Position numbers and translations under genes: made by a program | Shown: positions 51,461-64,000 of the stretch, in pieces | Position numbering within the stretch: position 1 is the stretch's first letter | How the letters are laid out: each line of letters begins with the position of its first letter | From: Rhizodiscina lignyota | Lineage: Eukaryota | DNA length: 64,000 nucleotides | NCBI GenBank assembly: GCA_010015805.1 | Contig: ML978136.1 | Location: 372,001 to 436,000 of the forward strand | Direction of reading: 5' to 3' | Notes under the pieces: generated by a model | The model's database searches: none | The model's input: the letters and a program-made list of their open reading frames with translations, nothing else | Told to the model about the DNA's origin: nothing

Positions 51461-51945
51461 CGTGAAGAGTGACTTTTGTGTAGCTGGGGTGAAAAGAAAA
51501 AGTGAAAATGACTTCGCGGGTGCGGTGTTTTGACTCGGCGTGCGCAGAGTTGTGAAAGAGAAAGAGGAAGAGGCAGAGAAGTTTGGAGGATTTATATAGC
51601 CCATGTGCGGCGTAGATTGTGAATGACATCTTGTCCATATTTGGCAAAGGCGGTGTTGAATGGGTTGCGTTGCCGAAGAAAAGCCGGACTTACCAGTGTC
51701 TCCCACCTGACATGGTCAGCGAGTGTGTTGTGTTGTGTGTGCGTCAAAGGGCCTGACGACGCGAGGCCGTGGTGTTGAAGACGCGATGTTGGAAAAGTCG
51801 CGCGCACGGACGCCATCGCCGAGACCTGCACCGAAAGCTCCGAAAAAAAAGGATCGGCTTTGCAGCTTCGACTCAACCTCACCTCATCCCATCTCTTCTG
51901 CTACGGTCGTCTGAGCAATTAGGAAGCAGCACCACAGCTATGAAA

Positions 51946-52360
51946 ATGCAGTTGTCAGAGGAGAGCAAGGTGAGTGCTCGCTGCGCCTGCACTTGTGCAT
52001 CTGGGAAGCTAACGTCCAGACAGGAGCGCATCGCCAGAATCATTGACGTCTCGCGAGTCGCGATACACTAGTATGCACAATTCCTCGAGCTGATTTTGGT
52101 ATTCACAATGGCTGACTGGGCTCAAGTGGCTATCTGCCTCTTATTCTTTGGTTAGGTGGGTGGCCTCGCGGCATGGTCAGAAGTCACTGCTGGTCGCATA
52201 GCTAACCATCATCTAGGATACACTCAAAGCGTTCCTCGACCTTCGCTTCTCCGGTAATAACCTATTTCCTGTCTCATTGATGATGCTTCCTATCCCGTTC
52301 GACGACGCGTGTGTCGAGCTTAGGCTGATCACGTCCAGACTCCTCTCCCCTCTCGCATGA
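51946..52360 (+). CDS. TOM7: Mitochondrial outer-membrane translocase subunit Tom7 (5 exons)
   Basis: Spliced: [52 protein letters not shown]. Confidence 0.92.
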
Positions 52361-53566
52361 GGAGAATCATTCGCAGCGACTCAAATGCCGACATGGCCAC
52401 AGCGTTTCACGGAGCAATCATCAGTGTACTATAGCAGCAGGAGGCATGGACAGGAGTTTAGCGATATAAGGAGTGGTCGAACCTGCTTGTTTAGGAAGCT
52501 GGACGGGCGGTGCCAAGATGAAAGCAGCATCTGGATAGTGTGTATATAATGTGGCTGCAAGCCGCCTCGTGGGTTACGTCCGTGAACAGCGATACTTTCT
52601 ACTCTGAGCCGCGGCATTTGCCAGACATGTGGATATCTCCATCCCGCCTTTCTATGAACAGACGTGCGCAATCTCCAGAAGGTGATGATCGAGGCCCCAG
52701 TGCGGAGCGCTCCGGTGCATCCACGCCACGCCGCCGGGAGCGCAGGACCCTGTTTTTGGTGCTTGCTAGTGCGGAGCTTGGCTTCGACGTCGAGCAACAG
52801 CCTCAGGCACCGCGAGTGCTTGGGGCAGACGGCCAACGAGGGCGCTGAATTGGCAGGGAGGCAGGGCGATTACGTCGCTGCGCGGGATAGTGTGCTGGAG
52901 CAGCGCGGCCTTTCTTTTCAGCGTGAAGGTGAAGCGCTCTGGAGTCGCTCTGTCCGTCCATCGAGCTCCATCCTCCATGCGCGCGCGCGTGGCTTGGGCG
53001 TGCGGCTGCAGCCAATCAAGCGCACACGTGCTCCCGCCTGCCGCATCGATGCCAGCGTCGGCGGAGCGCGCTGACGGGCACGTTGCTCGCCCTCTGGAGC
53101 GCAAGGCATGGCTCCCAAGCAAAAATTCGCCTCGTCCTGCAACGCCGCCTGCCAGAATGCCGATTCCCCTACCCAATATGGGGGTATGCTAGCCCCACGG
53201 TCTGCCGAACTCATGGGATGCCGCTCTCAAGCGCTCGCGGCGGTACACGAGCAGCCAGCTTACCGAACAAATGCGCCTGTTGTCTCGACACCGCTGACAA
53301 GAGAGAGCGACTCCCTCCCAGACAACTCACGTATCACAGGAAACGTATTCCCTACGAGTCCTTTCAGCTGCTTTTTCGCCAAGCTGCTGCTGGCCCGCCG
53401 CCCATTGACATCACTGCCTGCTGCTCACCTCCCACCACCGCTCCACCGGCATCTATGCGCATCTGTGCAAATAAATTCGTGCCCCAGTTCTCTGAGCTTC
53501 TGGCCTCGCGGATAGCATAGTTTCCTCTGTGCGGCCGCGTGCCGTCAGCCGCCTGTTTCCGACACC

Positions 53567-56211
53567 ATGGCCGGCATCCCGAGCATTGGCGACATTTTGA
53601 TGCTCTCCCAGATCGCGTGGAAGATTGGCAGAGCATTCACCGCGGGCAGGCGGGGCGCGCCCCCTGAATTCCTCGACATAGAGACCGAAGTCAACGGCCT
53701 CGCCACTTCCCTCAAGCGTCTCGTCGAAGTGCTCTTCAATGACGACCAGGATAATGGGGACGTGGGGACTGGAGAGGGACTGCTTGCGCAGGCGGACAGG
53801 AGGACGAGGCTGGGCATGGCCACGATATTGATGAGCTGCCAACGGACGCTGCAGGACCTTGATAGCCTTGTTACGCAATACCAAGACGTCAAGACCTTCC
53901 GCACGAGTGGGGGGGCAACAATCAAGGACAAAGGTTGGAGCGAAGTGGTGCTTAGGAGCTACACTACTATGATGTGGACTGCAGAAGGTGGCAATATTGT
54001 GGACCTCCGGGACATGCTGCATTTGCACACAAGTACTGTCATCTTGACCATCCAGGCGCTGCAGAGGTTCGTTCAAATTTACCGTCTCTCAAATTTCATA
54101 TATACCGATTTCCGAGGCATTTGTGCTGATGCATGTGATTCAGTAAATCTCTCGCTCGTCTTGAGCGCACCGTCAATCCAATGGCTGCTAGAATAGATGA
54201 TATCCACAACCGTCATACTGGGGAACTTAGCGAACGCATGGAAGAACTTCATCGCGTGATACTTAAGATTGCTGGAAACCAGTCGCCGAATATTCCGCCA
54301 CAACGTGACGGAGCGGAGAGCATCATATCCTCGATGGATCTCGACGGCTCTCTCAAGTCCAGAGTCCCAAGCGTGAACGATGTGCCGTCGCAGCCTCCTC
54401 CACGACATCCTGCGCACAACTACAGCAACTCCCTCCGCTTCCCATTTCCACCGCAGCGCAGTATCTCTGACCAGCAGTCTCCCATCGACAGGCAGCCCAT
54501 CGACCATGATCTATTCTCTACTCCTCGCGACCCGGCGGAACTTCCGGGTTCTGATCCGTCCGACGCCTCCTCCAGTCAACGCCTCTCGACCGCTAGTTCC
54601 GATGTCTTGGGCTGGGACCAACCTTCCATCCGCCAACAACCGTCGGCCATGGGCTCGCGTCCAAATTCAGACGGAAGGAACAGAAGCAGTAGCAACCAGC
54701 AAGCTATGGCGGGCGCACCTCGATTTAGCTTGAATGACGAAGACATGACAGAAGCGTTCCCCGAACGAGTTGGTCGCGACTCCATTTTCACAGCTTCGAG
54801 CAGCAGAAGCATTGCGCATCCTTGGCCTCCGGATTCTGCGGCGAGTTCGGTATTGAATCATGATTCCACATCCATCTCTGGAGACAGAAGGCGCAACCTT
54901 GAGACAATGATTGTTGGTTATGACGACCCACATCCCGTGGAACCGCTATTGTTGAGGTCGAGAAGCGTGCCCGGCCCTTTTGACAAGCTGAGCGGAACTA
55001 CGGATCGAAGGAGCGACCCAACGACGCGGGGATCAGAATATGACTCGATGAGCTACGACGAGGAGAAGGAGATGAATGAAAAAGGCATCGCGACAAGAAT
55101 CCAGCAAGAGGATTTCGAGAGGAGCGCATTCCGGAACTCTGCGGTCCTCTGCGATGTGTAAGTCGACCAACCCACCAGCGACTGCATTTACCCCTTTTCG
55201 AAATATTTTCTTTTTCCCAGTCGGTCCGATTAGGCCTCGCTTCTTATGCTAATCCAACCTAGTCGTGGTACCCTCGTCGAGTATACCCAACCCGTCGACC
55301 CCGAACTCTACCGTCTCGACCAAGAAATCGCCGAAGCCTGCACAACATGTCGCATCTGCCTCGTGCGCAAGCGCGACGTCCTCACTGACGGTGCGGTACG
55401 CCTCTCCACGTCCATCTGGACCTTCTCCGACGACCGCCGCATACGCATGCAGCAGAAGCTCATCGACGGCATGGAAATCATCCCATACGCATCGTACTTC
55501 ACGCCTAACAAAGTCTCGCTGCCGCTGCCGGACTCGGAGCTCATATTCTGGGGGACCGTACACGGCGGCAAAGGCGAGCGCACCAGGAAGAGCAGCTGGA
55601 TCAACTACGTCTTCGAGGATGCGCAGGGCGCTACGCACTTCCAGTCCTTGCTGTTTGGGCGTACGCTCACGCATTCGTTCCGCACGGAGAAGACACTGCG
55701 CATTCACGAGGGTATGAAAGGTGTATTGGCATATCAGGAGCAGCTCTGCGCCATTGAGTTGCTCCGCATCTGGATGGACGAGGTACCTGATATGCATGGC
55801 CGTCGTGGCGTGCTCGCCATGATTCACTTCTCGGGTCAATTCCGCGCTGGCGAGGGATATCTCGCGTTCTGGCTCAACAGTGCCGACGCGCCGGTGCGCA
55901 TCAAGGACGACGGCGGGCGGTGGGTCAAGGTCAAGGGGTTGCGCGTCGCGGTGGAGTCGCTGCAGAACGATAACAAGCAGCGGATGGCGCTCGTAGGCAG
56001 TAGGAGGGATAGCGGTGTCCAAGACCACGATAGAATGGGCTCTGTCGATGGGGAGGGCAAGGTGGGCAGGAGGGCGAGCGATGCGAAGGGTGGGAAGTGG
56101 GTCACCGGCGCGAGGATTGAGTTCAGAGACGAGGGCCAGAAGATGGGCTTCTTGGAGGTGGTGAGGAGTTGTCAGAGCGCGAGGCTGGCGCTCCCCGACC
56201 TCGCGGTCTAA
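53567..56211 (+). CDS. Protein with HeLo-like (fungal STAND N-terminal-like) domain, disordered linker and beta-rich C-terminal domain
   Basis: MAGIPSIGDILMLSQIAWKIGRAF..APPEF..EVNGL..SCQRTLQDL; three exons joined by GT-AG introns (~54067-54142, ~55158-55262). Confidence 0.8.
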
Positions 56212-57719
56212 GGCATGTGAGTTTGGATAGATTGGAGTTGGATGGCACTGCTTTTATAATGAGCTTGGATATGGATGGCCACGTTAAAGCGGGATGGGCG
56301 AAAGCATTGATTTCTTCTTTCGCCGGCGGAGTTTCCAAAGAACCCTTTTTAACTGATGATGCGGTTCAGCGAGGCGCATTTGTTTGTAAGAGCTACAGCT
56401 ACACTTTGCAGCAAATGCCACAAAAGTATTGCTCGGATTTGTTTGAGGGCATATTTGAGTTCGCATGCTTGAAGTACATATTCGTTCTCTTGAGCATCTG
56501 TCCATCCATTCCTTTCCGCCCTCTGTGGATATCGCCCCAAGTGCAAGTGCAAACTTCACAAAAATTTTGATACCAGTATCGACCGGTTTAATGTTAGATA
56601 GAGCATACTCCAGCCGTATTATCCTACAGCAACGTAGACTCCACCTTTTCAATTCCTTGAGCTGTTCGCAATGGACATGAAATCCGCAGTCGTCTCTTTC
56701 TCTGATTCAGTCGTGAAGGTCTTAGCGTCAACAACCAGCTGTATGGATGATCCACGAATCGATTCAGGTCGATGTCATCTAGACTCGTCAGTTCGTAATC
56801 GTGTGTGGTTGGTCAAGGCCGCCGGGGTGCTCGTTGAATGCCAATGCTGCACCGGCATGGTTCGTGTACACCTGCATGGAGATGTAGTTGATAGTGCGAC
56901 CTATAAGTATGAGACTTTGAGACTTGAGAGTGGCGTCGAGTTGCTGGTATGGGTTAAACCAGGCCTCAACACGGATTTCCCTAAACGCCTCTGGCGTCGC
57001 TTTTAGCTTCCGATCACCAGCTTCCGATACTTAGCTAGCGCCTTCGAGTTATCCACACGTATGAAGAGCACATGGAGCAGGGGTTTTCCGAAAAGAGACC
57101 ATTTGTCTTGGCATTGACAGGGGTTGTCCCAAAATGGAACCGCACGTAGACCACACCTCTTGGCACGACAACAACACGCGTTAAAGTATTCAAACAAAGG
57201 AATTATTCGGCTCACGGGGAAGGAAATTTGTGATGATGTGCTTGGATTATCTCTTGTGGTGAGTGATGTTATTTTGGGCCTTGAATAAGATTTTGGCACA
57301 ACCCGAACGGCATTCGTCTTTAATACTGCGTTAAGCTCAGGTAAAGCGGACTTTACGTTCATTGTATCTCGAAATTTCCATTATTTTGCACCTCGTTGAT
57401 ACTATTAGGGTTGTTTCTGACTAGAATTTCAATGCCACTGGCTGAGTTTATGCACAATTCGAGTTGTGCAGTGTAGCGAATCTGGCTCCTCACCAAAATT
57501 ATATGGTGAAGTACATGATGGCGCGAGCATTTCTGCATGCAACAGTTCAAAAGTGAATGCGTAACTTTATACGTGCCCAGCAATAAGAACAGATCCTAGC
57601 GACCGAGAGCCATATATCATGTGTCAAGTACGCCGAACTCAACCTTCATACCGCCTCCAGTATTTCGAACTTACGATATTTACAGTCATACAATAGTTCG
57701 CGTGCGATGGAGATTCCAA

Positions 57720-60700
57720 TCAACGCAGCCTTTCCTCCCTGGCCCACTGCTCATCATTGTGCCCATGTATATTCTTCAAATACTTCTGGAAATCGGTCGC
57801 CGTCCGTATAGCCTGCGAGAGATGGTCCCATCCCAGCCTTTCGTTCTTGTAACGCGCGAGCTGCTGCGCCGTCAACAAGCAGTTGCGGATCTGGCGCCCG
57901 TTCATTTCCTCCGCTGCCAGATCGTCCAAGCGACCTTCAAGTTCGCCTATGTCGACATCGAGGTCTTCTTCTTCGAGCATCTCGAGGAAATTCTGCCAGA
58001 TTTGGCGACGAGACTTCTTTGTCAGTGGGCCATAGTGCAGGGCTACCTGGATGCGGGACTTGAAGGCTTCGTCGAAAGTACCAACGCGATTAGAGGTGAG
58101 AATCAGGATGCCGTCGTAGAATTCGAGAATACGAAGGAAAACTGCACTCAAATTAGACAAGCGGCCACGTTGTAACAGCATTCTGGATCCCACCTGAAAC
58201 AAGACTGTTGCGTTGAATGTCGGCCATTGTTCGTTCTTCGAGGAACACATCGGCTTCATCCATGAGCAAGACTATCGTTATCAGTGTCACTGTGCCTTCT
58301 CGACGCAGGAAGCATCTCACCACAATCCCATTTCTTGCCGAGGTACAAGACCTGTTCCAGATATTTCTCAATCGACTGAGCGTCAGTGCCAATGTCTCCG
58401 CAGGTTACTCGATACAATGGTTTCTCCGCGAGCTCAGCGACACTACAGAGAAAGTCAGCTCCATGGCGATCATGACTGATTGGCTATTCTTGCCACATGC
58501 ATATTGTGTGGTTTGAAGCCAGAGGTATCAAAGTCCTCACCTTTCTGCAGTCAGAGTTTTCCCCACGCCAGGACTTCCATGCAGGAGAATGATCAACCCG
58601 TTCCCTTTTCCACTAATGATATCACCCATGTTCTTTGCAGAGGCATGGTGCGTGACAATGGCCCGAATGAGCTCTTTCGACCTCTGATCCAGAACAAGTC
58701 TTTCGAATGCCTTTTTGTTCCACTCGACTGCTTCGATTTGCTCAACGTTGAGACGCACTAAGGAGTACGAAGTAGTAAGCATCATTGCTTGTAGTGAATA
58801 TCTGGGGCTTCATCCAGGCTTACCCCATTTCTTAGCTTGCATTTCAAATCCAGGAATGTTGGAAGGGAACGTCATGAGCATCGAGTCATCCACCTCTTGG
58901 GTAACTTCCAACTCCACTGGCCAGTTGTCGTGGAGGTCTTTTGGTAGGGGGGCAGAGTTATTAAAAAAGGGCGTTTCCGATCTGTGTATCCTCTTGTAAG
59001 TGCTCGTATCTATCACAAATCGGTTTTTCATCTGTGTCTGTTAGTTCATTCGGTGGAGCTAATACAGTGTAGTCCGCCTACATATTGTTGGTCATGATGC
59101 GAATCCCATCCACTGTAACATGCAAATGTTTGCTCTTTCAGGCTCCAGAATTTCCGGCCGCGATCAGTCAATCTCTTCAGTGTTGGCTCGGAAGCATATC
59201 TTGATGGGTATGTGCCAAGCTCGGTGATTAACCTGGGACCTTTTCCCTTGAGTTCCAACTTGACAAAAGCTGGAATTCGAGTCAGCTTGCGGCCGTCAAA
59301 GTCCCAGGACCAACACTGCAAAGACAGGCTCTCGTTTTGAATGGGCCAAGCTCCAAGAACGTGAGCCACAGGTATTCCTTTAGCTTCCTGTATGACAACC
59401 TCGTTCGGCTTGAACAGCTTCTTGACATGTTGCGGGCTGACCATGCCTTTTTTGAATTCCTCTTCAGCTTCGGAGTATTCAGCACCGTAGTTGGATTCCA
59501 GGAAATCTCGAAGGAGAGTCAACTGCTCTCGAGACTCTTCGGCTGCATTCTCGACTGACTCTGAAAGTTGACTTCGGTGGTGGTAAAAGAAGATGTACGG
59601 AGCATCCAGCTCGGGGTCTTGCTGGATCGGATTGAAAGCTGGATTGAACGTGTCGTTAATACTAACTTGGCACGTTGCGAACGCGGTAATGGCATCCTTC
59701 AGTGCTTGAGAAACAATGCGCAGCCTTTCATTTCTCTCAGATGCCTCCATCACAGCAAAGCCAGGAGGCACCAGGGCCTTCTTTCGTTGCGCGTTCCCAC
59801 CGCAAAGATGTTCGCGAAAGACGATAAATGCTACTTGTGGGTTTTGGTGGATATAAGAGTCCAGGTTCGATATGAGCTTCTCGCCATGAAGTTTCGCTGA
59901 AAAGGCTCCATGCTTTGATCGATAGTTATCAGTGACGACCTCGTGGGGTTCATCTTCAAAGATGAATTGATTATGCCGATGCCAACTGGTATCACAAAAT
60001 ATACGGTGAAGCACTACTTGACGTGGAGTATTGTCCATTGGAAGAGCTGGAATGTCCAGTGAATCTGGCTTCGGAGTCACAGAAAACACTTTCGGTCTCC
60101 TTGTACTGCTGACCCATCGCTCGTGAAGGATGTTATTGAGTGTGGTGAGTTTTTCCATAGTATCCAGGGTGATGCCGAAAAATTTGGCCTCGCTGCTGTC
60201 GTTGCGGAGGTTAAGACCCAAGACATTGTTTCCGTAGCTTGCAACCATGTGCGCAACATTTGGCATAGCGCTTTCCAACGTTGCATTACTAGGACCACCA
60301 TCATGATTCCAGGCATTGGTAGAAGAAGGAAGAGCTCGGCTTTGGCCGTGTCGCTCCTCTCCAGCATTGGCAGGACCGGCTATGTCAAGCATATTCGAAT
60401 TCGAGATCGGTGCCGAGCTAGTCTCATTAATTTCAGTTCTTTCCTCGGAGCTTGTTTCCGGGGTTTTGATATCGTCTGAGGTCAAAGAGCTGAGCTTCAT
60501 GCCAGCAGTGATGGCATCATCTTTCGGTTTGCCCAATACGTTGAACCAGGTGGGCTCCCAGTCCTCTGGGACATCCGGAGAAGATGCTCCCGATGAGTCC
60601 GAATCAAAAACATCCATCCGGGGTTGAGGCTCTGGATGGAGGGGATTAACAAGGGGTGGCACCGGCCCCGGGGTGAACCCAAAAGGATGAACTGATGTAT

Positions 60701-61098
60701 TGAGATTCTTTTGAATCTCTTCGGCAACTCGTTTGCCCATCTCTTGCAAAATGGCATCCTCCTTGGCGGCGTTACCTCCGGCAGCGTCCCGGGATATGGT
60801 TGATGACATTATGCCATTCGCAAAGTCGCCTGCATACTTGAAATTAACAGCCCATTGTGGCACACGAAAACGAGCAGCTCCCACCTAGTTGATCCACTGG
60901 CCCAACCTGTGGCATCCGCGGGTCTCCTGGAATGGGACCACCCAGTGGAGGTGGAGGTGGAGGTGGTAAAGGCGGCATTGCACGAGACGGACTTCCAATG
61001 GGCGGTCCATGGTTAGGTGAAAGACCTATTGGATGTGATAAAGGTGACCCTCTTCCCTTCGGCGGCGGCGGGCCAGGACTGGGCAGAAAGTTCGACAT
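57720..61098 (-). CDS. Fungal AAA+ ATPase with long N-terminal extension, multi-exon
   Basis: WNKKAFERLVL, DIISGKGNGLIILLHGSPGVGKTLTAE, LLMDEADVFLEER, FLRILEFYDGILILTSNRVGTFDEAFKSRI, MNGRQIRN; 5' start uncertain. Confidence 0.9.
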
Positions 61099-61575
61099 TC
61101 GAGCTCCAAATTCGATCTGGAATCTGTTGTGCAATCTGTTAGGCGACTTTTCCGGCTGCGACTGGAGGTATAGAAGGAGAGATTGGACAGTTAAGGCCGT
61201 CTTGTCTTCTATGATAGCATGGTATCTTCAGCCTTGCGCTGGAAGCGTTGGCAGGCTGTGCGCACAGCCTTCCAACCATGGGTCCCTTCACAACAGCAAT
61301 GCGGCTGGCCTTGGTTGCCTTGGGTGCTTCGCCACAGGGGCCGGGACGTTCTGTAGGGACGGGCCTCGCCGTCCCATCGCTCGCATGATTCGTGCTGGTA
61401 ACGCGCTATTCCAAAGAAAGGCGCGTTTAACGCAAAGCTGGTGCATGAAAGTGGAAGGGATTACGATCCTTCAGCCTCGTCGTGCACTGCCACGCGACTA
61501 CAGATTTCAAATGGCCATTTCACTGATGAAAAGCTTCCACTTCGCAATGAAGAAGATGATTTCGACATTAATAAC

Positions 61576-63445
61576 ATGCAAAATCCACAAACCAGTATTG
61601 TTCGCTCCACGGTTGCAGATTTTGACGTTGAAGGCTCGTTGGCTTTAGAAAGGCAGCTGTCACTATATCAGTCCAACTCCGATATCACCGCCTGGCATAC
61701 GAACTCACAAGGCACGAGGTATGACACTCTCCCTTGTTTGCAAATGTAGACTCGAAATTCGATTGCCCAACTTCAGAATTGAGATGAGATGCTAGGTGGG
61801 ATGATCCGGCTCGCGAAGCATACCAGGAAGCCGTAGCGCTTTTCAAGCGCGAATTGACGCACGACGAATGCAAGCGAATATGGCTGGACGACAAGGCGTC
61901 CATGTATGACGTGCAACTCGCTATCGTACATGCTCAAGCCGAATACGAGAAGAGCTCGAAGAAGTCGAAGGCGAAGATTTGGCTGGCGCGATGTTCCTCC
62001 ACTATTATGCATTATGGAAATGTCTTAGATGTACTCGTGCAACAGAGTCCGGAATACGTTTCGCTTATTTGGGGAGCCATGAAGTTCCTGTTCACTGTGA
62101 GCGAATCCATCATTTGACCACTATACAACGAGAATGGCTGATGTGAAAGCAGGCAGTGCTGAACCACGAAGAACTCTTGGCTGAAGTCTCCAAAGCCGTA
62201 TCACGCATTGCCGATGTACTCCCACGAGCGGAGTTACATATTAATCTTTATCCCACACCTCGCATGAAGGAGGCGATAGCGGTGCTGTATGCCAAGATCA
62301 TCAAATTTGTCCAATCCGCAATTAGCTATTACAAGAAAGATCGAATATCGAAGTCATTTACGGCAGTCGTGAAACCATTCGCATTAAGCTTCAAGGGGGC
62401 TGTGGAGGAGATCACGGAGTGTTCAAAAAGAGTAGATGAGCTCGCAAATTCAGCCTCGAAGGCAGAGCTGCGGGATCTGAGGGTCGAAACCCGAACTTTG
62501 CGGGCGGAGGTGCAAGACTTGCGCTTCCAAGTCCGAGAGATGGCAATGAGTGAGTAACCAGACATAATTTACTTAGAAGACACATGCTGATGTTCAACAG
62601 TACAGCATACGTTTCAGAATCAAGTGTTCCTCAATATGAGCAGCCAACGACACAACTACGAAACCTTACAAATGGACAATATCCGAGCTCTCCCAATGAT
62701 CGAACATGTTCCTTCGGCCGAACAATCATTGCAATACTGCCGTTCGATGACCCGACGGCGCAGAGTGCGCCTGAAAACCTCGTTATCAGCACGAGATATC
62801 CAGTGGCTAAAGACCTGGATCACGAATAAGGAGTCGTCTATCCTCATTGGCGAGGCACGCGGAATCAAGACAAGCTCTAGAGACTTTGCAGGGGATCTCC
62901 TCGAAGCTCTAATATCGGCAGAGATTCCTGTTATATGGTTTCTTCCCAGTAGCTTGGATGAAGATGACGTGACCGCGGAAAAGGTCTTTATCTCGCTGAT
63001 AATGCAAACTATCAACCTGAATCCTGGAATCCTTTCGGAACAAGTGAATCCTGTATCAGCAACTCATTTTAAAACTGTGCGCACAACAGACGAATGGTTC
63101 ACGATGTTCCAACGGTGCCTCCGGGAGATCCAGCAGTTGTACATCGTACTGGATCTCATCCTCATCAGTAAGCTGCTGAAGAAAGATAGTTCCATGGAGT
63201 TGGATGAACTTCTGGAGAAGCTTGAGGAATTGTCCGAGAGGCACACAGGTATTATAAAGGTCGTTTTGCTCTCCTGGAGATCTGATGCGACATTGTCTGG
63301 ACTTTCAGAGCGCTCCGTGGATACCCATATACTTGCAACCGACCCAGGCCCAAGGAAAATACGGTTAATGAGGAATCCAAAGTTTCGAGCAGCGTTTTCT
63401 GCGAGAGGGCGAAGTGTTTCTGACGCGCTTAAGACCAGCGCATAG
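61576..63445 (+). CDS. NACHT-associated helical N-domain + degenerate NACHT-like protein
   Basis: YGNVLDVLVQQSPEYVSLIWGAMKFLF..LPRAEL..LYPTPRMKEA..LYAKIIKF; C-half has NACHT layout (LKTWI..SSILI, VIWFL, LYIVLD, IKVVL) but no GxxGxGKT. Confidence 0.8.
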
Positions 63446-63640
63446 AGCTCTTTCAACTTGTCACGCTCCAGATTCACTCCGCAATAAATTCGCGTTCATT
63501 ATGGCCCAGACCAATAAAGTTAAACCCGGAGAGACGCAGTTTTTGAATAAAATGTTCATCGTTCAAATGAATGTCCAATTTCAGTCAGCAGAAGAAATTA
63601 CAAATGGAACGTAGCCCACCAATCGTTGGAGTTTATTGAC

Positions 63641-64000
63641 CTACTTTCCCACCTGATCAAAGAACACCTTATCGAAATAATCGTTTGAGAATCTCGCCTT
63701 CAAGTCTTTCAGGGTCCAGCCAGCATCTTTCCCAATGTCTTCAAGCACGCCCAAGAACTCAGCAATCTCGTTCTTATAATCCTCGTTCTTGAGACGATCA
63801 ACCCACGGCTTGCCATCAACCTTGAAGTCATACCATTCCTTCGCCCAGTGTGGACGTGTACGCAGCCTTTCGCCCGTGGTAGGGTTTTTCAGTGCCATCC
63901 ACTTGTCTATGATTTCCTGGACAAACGCTGGCCAAATATCGCCGGCATTGTGTAAGGTCAAGACCTCAATGGCGCACGTTCCAAGTTTATTCCCACGCTG
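63641..64000 (-). CDS. FAD-linked oxidase C-terminus (cholesterol-oxidase-II/ALO-like), partial
   Basis: CAIEVLT..RPHWAKEW..ARFSNDYFD; runs off the window end. Confidence 0.7.
   Translation of the reverse strand, partial: QRGNKLGTCAIEVLTLHNAGDIWPAFVQEIIDKWMALKNPTTGERLRTRPHWAKEWYDFKVDGKPWVDRLKNEDYKNEIAEFLGVLEDIGKDAGWTLKDLKARFSNDYFDKVFFDQVGK

Noticed and set aside
52254..52338. Box C/D snoRNA in the last TOM7 intron (TGATGA...CTGA)
   Set aside because: Too short, and the CTGA coincides with the branch point
52429..53520. Many overlapping 70-145 aa ORFs
   Set aside because: Explained by GC-rich promoter/5' UTR sequence; no coding signature
55249..56028. Long antisense ORFs (also 30427-31074, 31465-32151, 50169-50921, 43269-43973)
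   Set aside because: Shadow frames of GC3-rich genes on the opposite strand

Overview
Intron-rich fungal (filamentous ascomycete, Pezizomycotina-type) chromosomal DNA with about 30 genes in three zones. (1) 1-22 kb is accessory. It holds a candidate co-regulated catabolic cluster (dienelactone hydrolase, a decayed FAH-family hydrolase, an NmrA-like reductase, a fungal-luciferase (Luz)-like protein, a secreted PEBP, a Zn2Cys6 regulator, a Pro1 tautomerase, a decayed carboxylesterase) whose promoters share CGG-N11-CCG sites. A stop-interrupted NACHT-ankyrin NLR and an OTT_1508-type deaminase follow. (2) 22-52 kb is mostly housekeeping: FYV10, BMT5, BRE1, BDP1, RWD protein, AtuA-like, ubiquitin hydrolase, MRPL7, SDR, DUF2015, RPL28, HSH49 (apparent GA-AG first intron), TOM7. 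(3) 53-64 kb has a HeLo-like protein, a head-to-head AAA+ ATPase / degenerate-NACHT pair and a partial FAD oxidase. Exon boundaries were read by eye and family calls come from motif recognition, not database searches. No rRNA, tRNA, CRISPR or intact transposon was seen.
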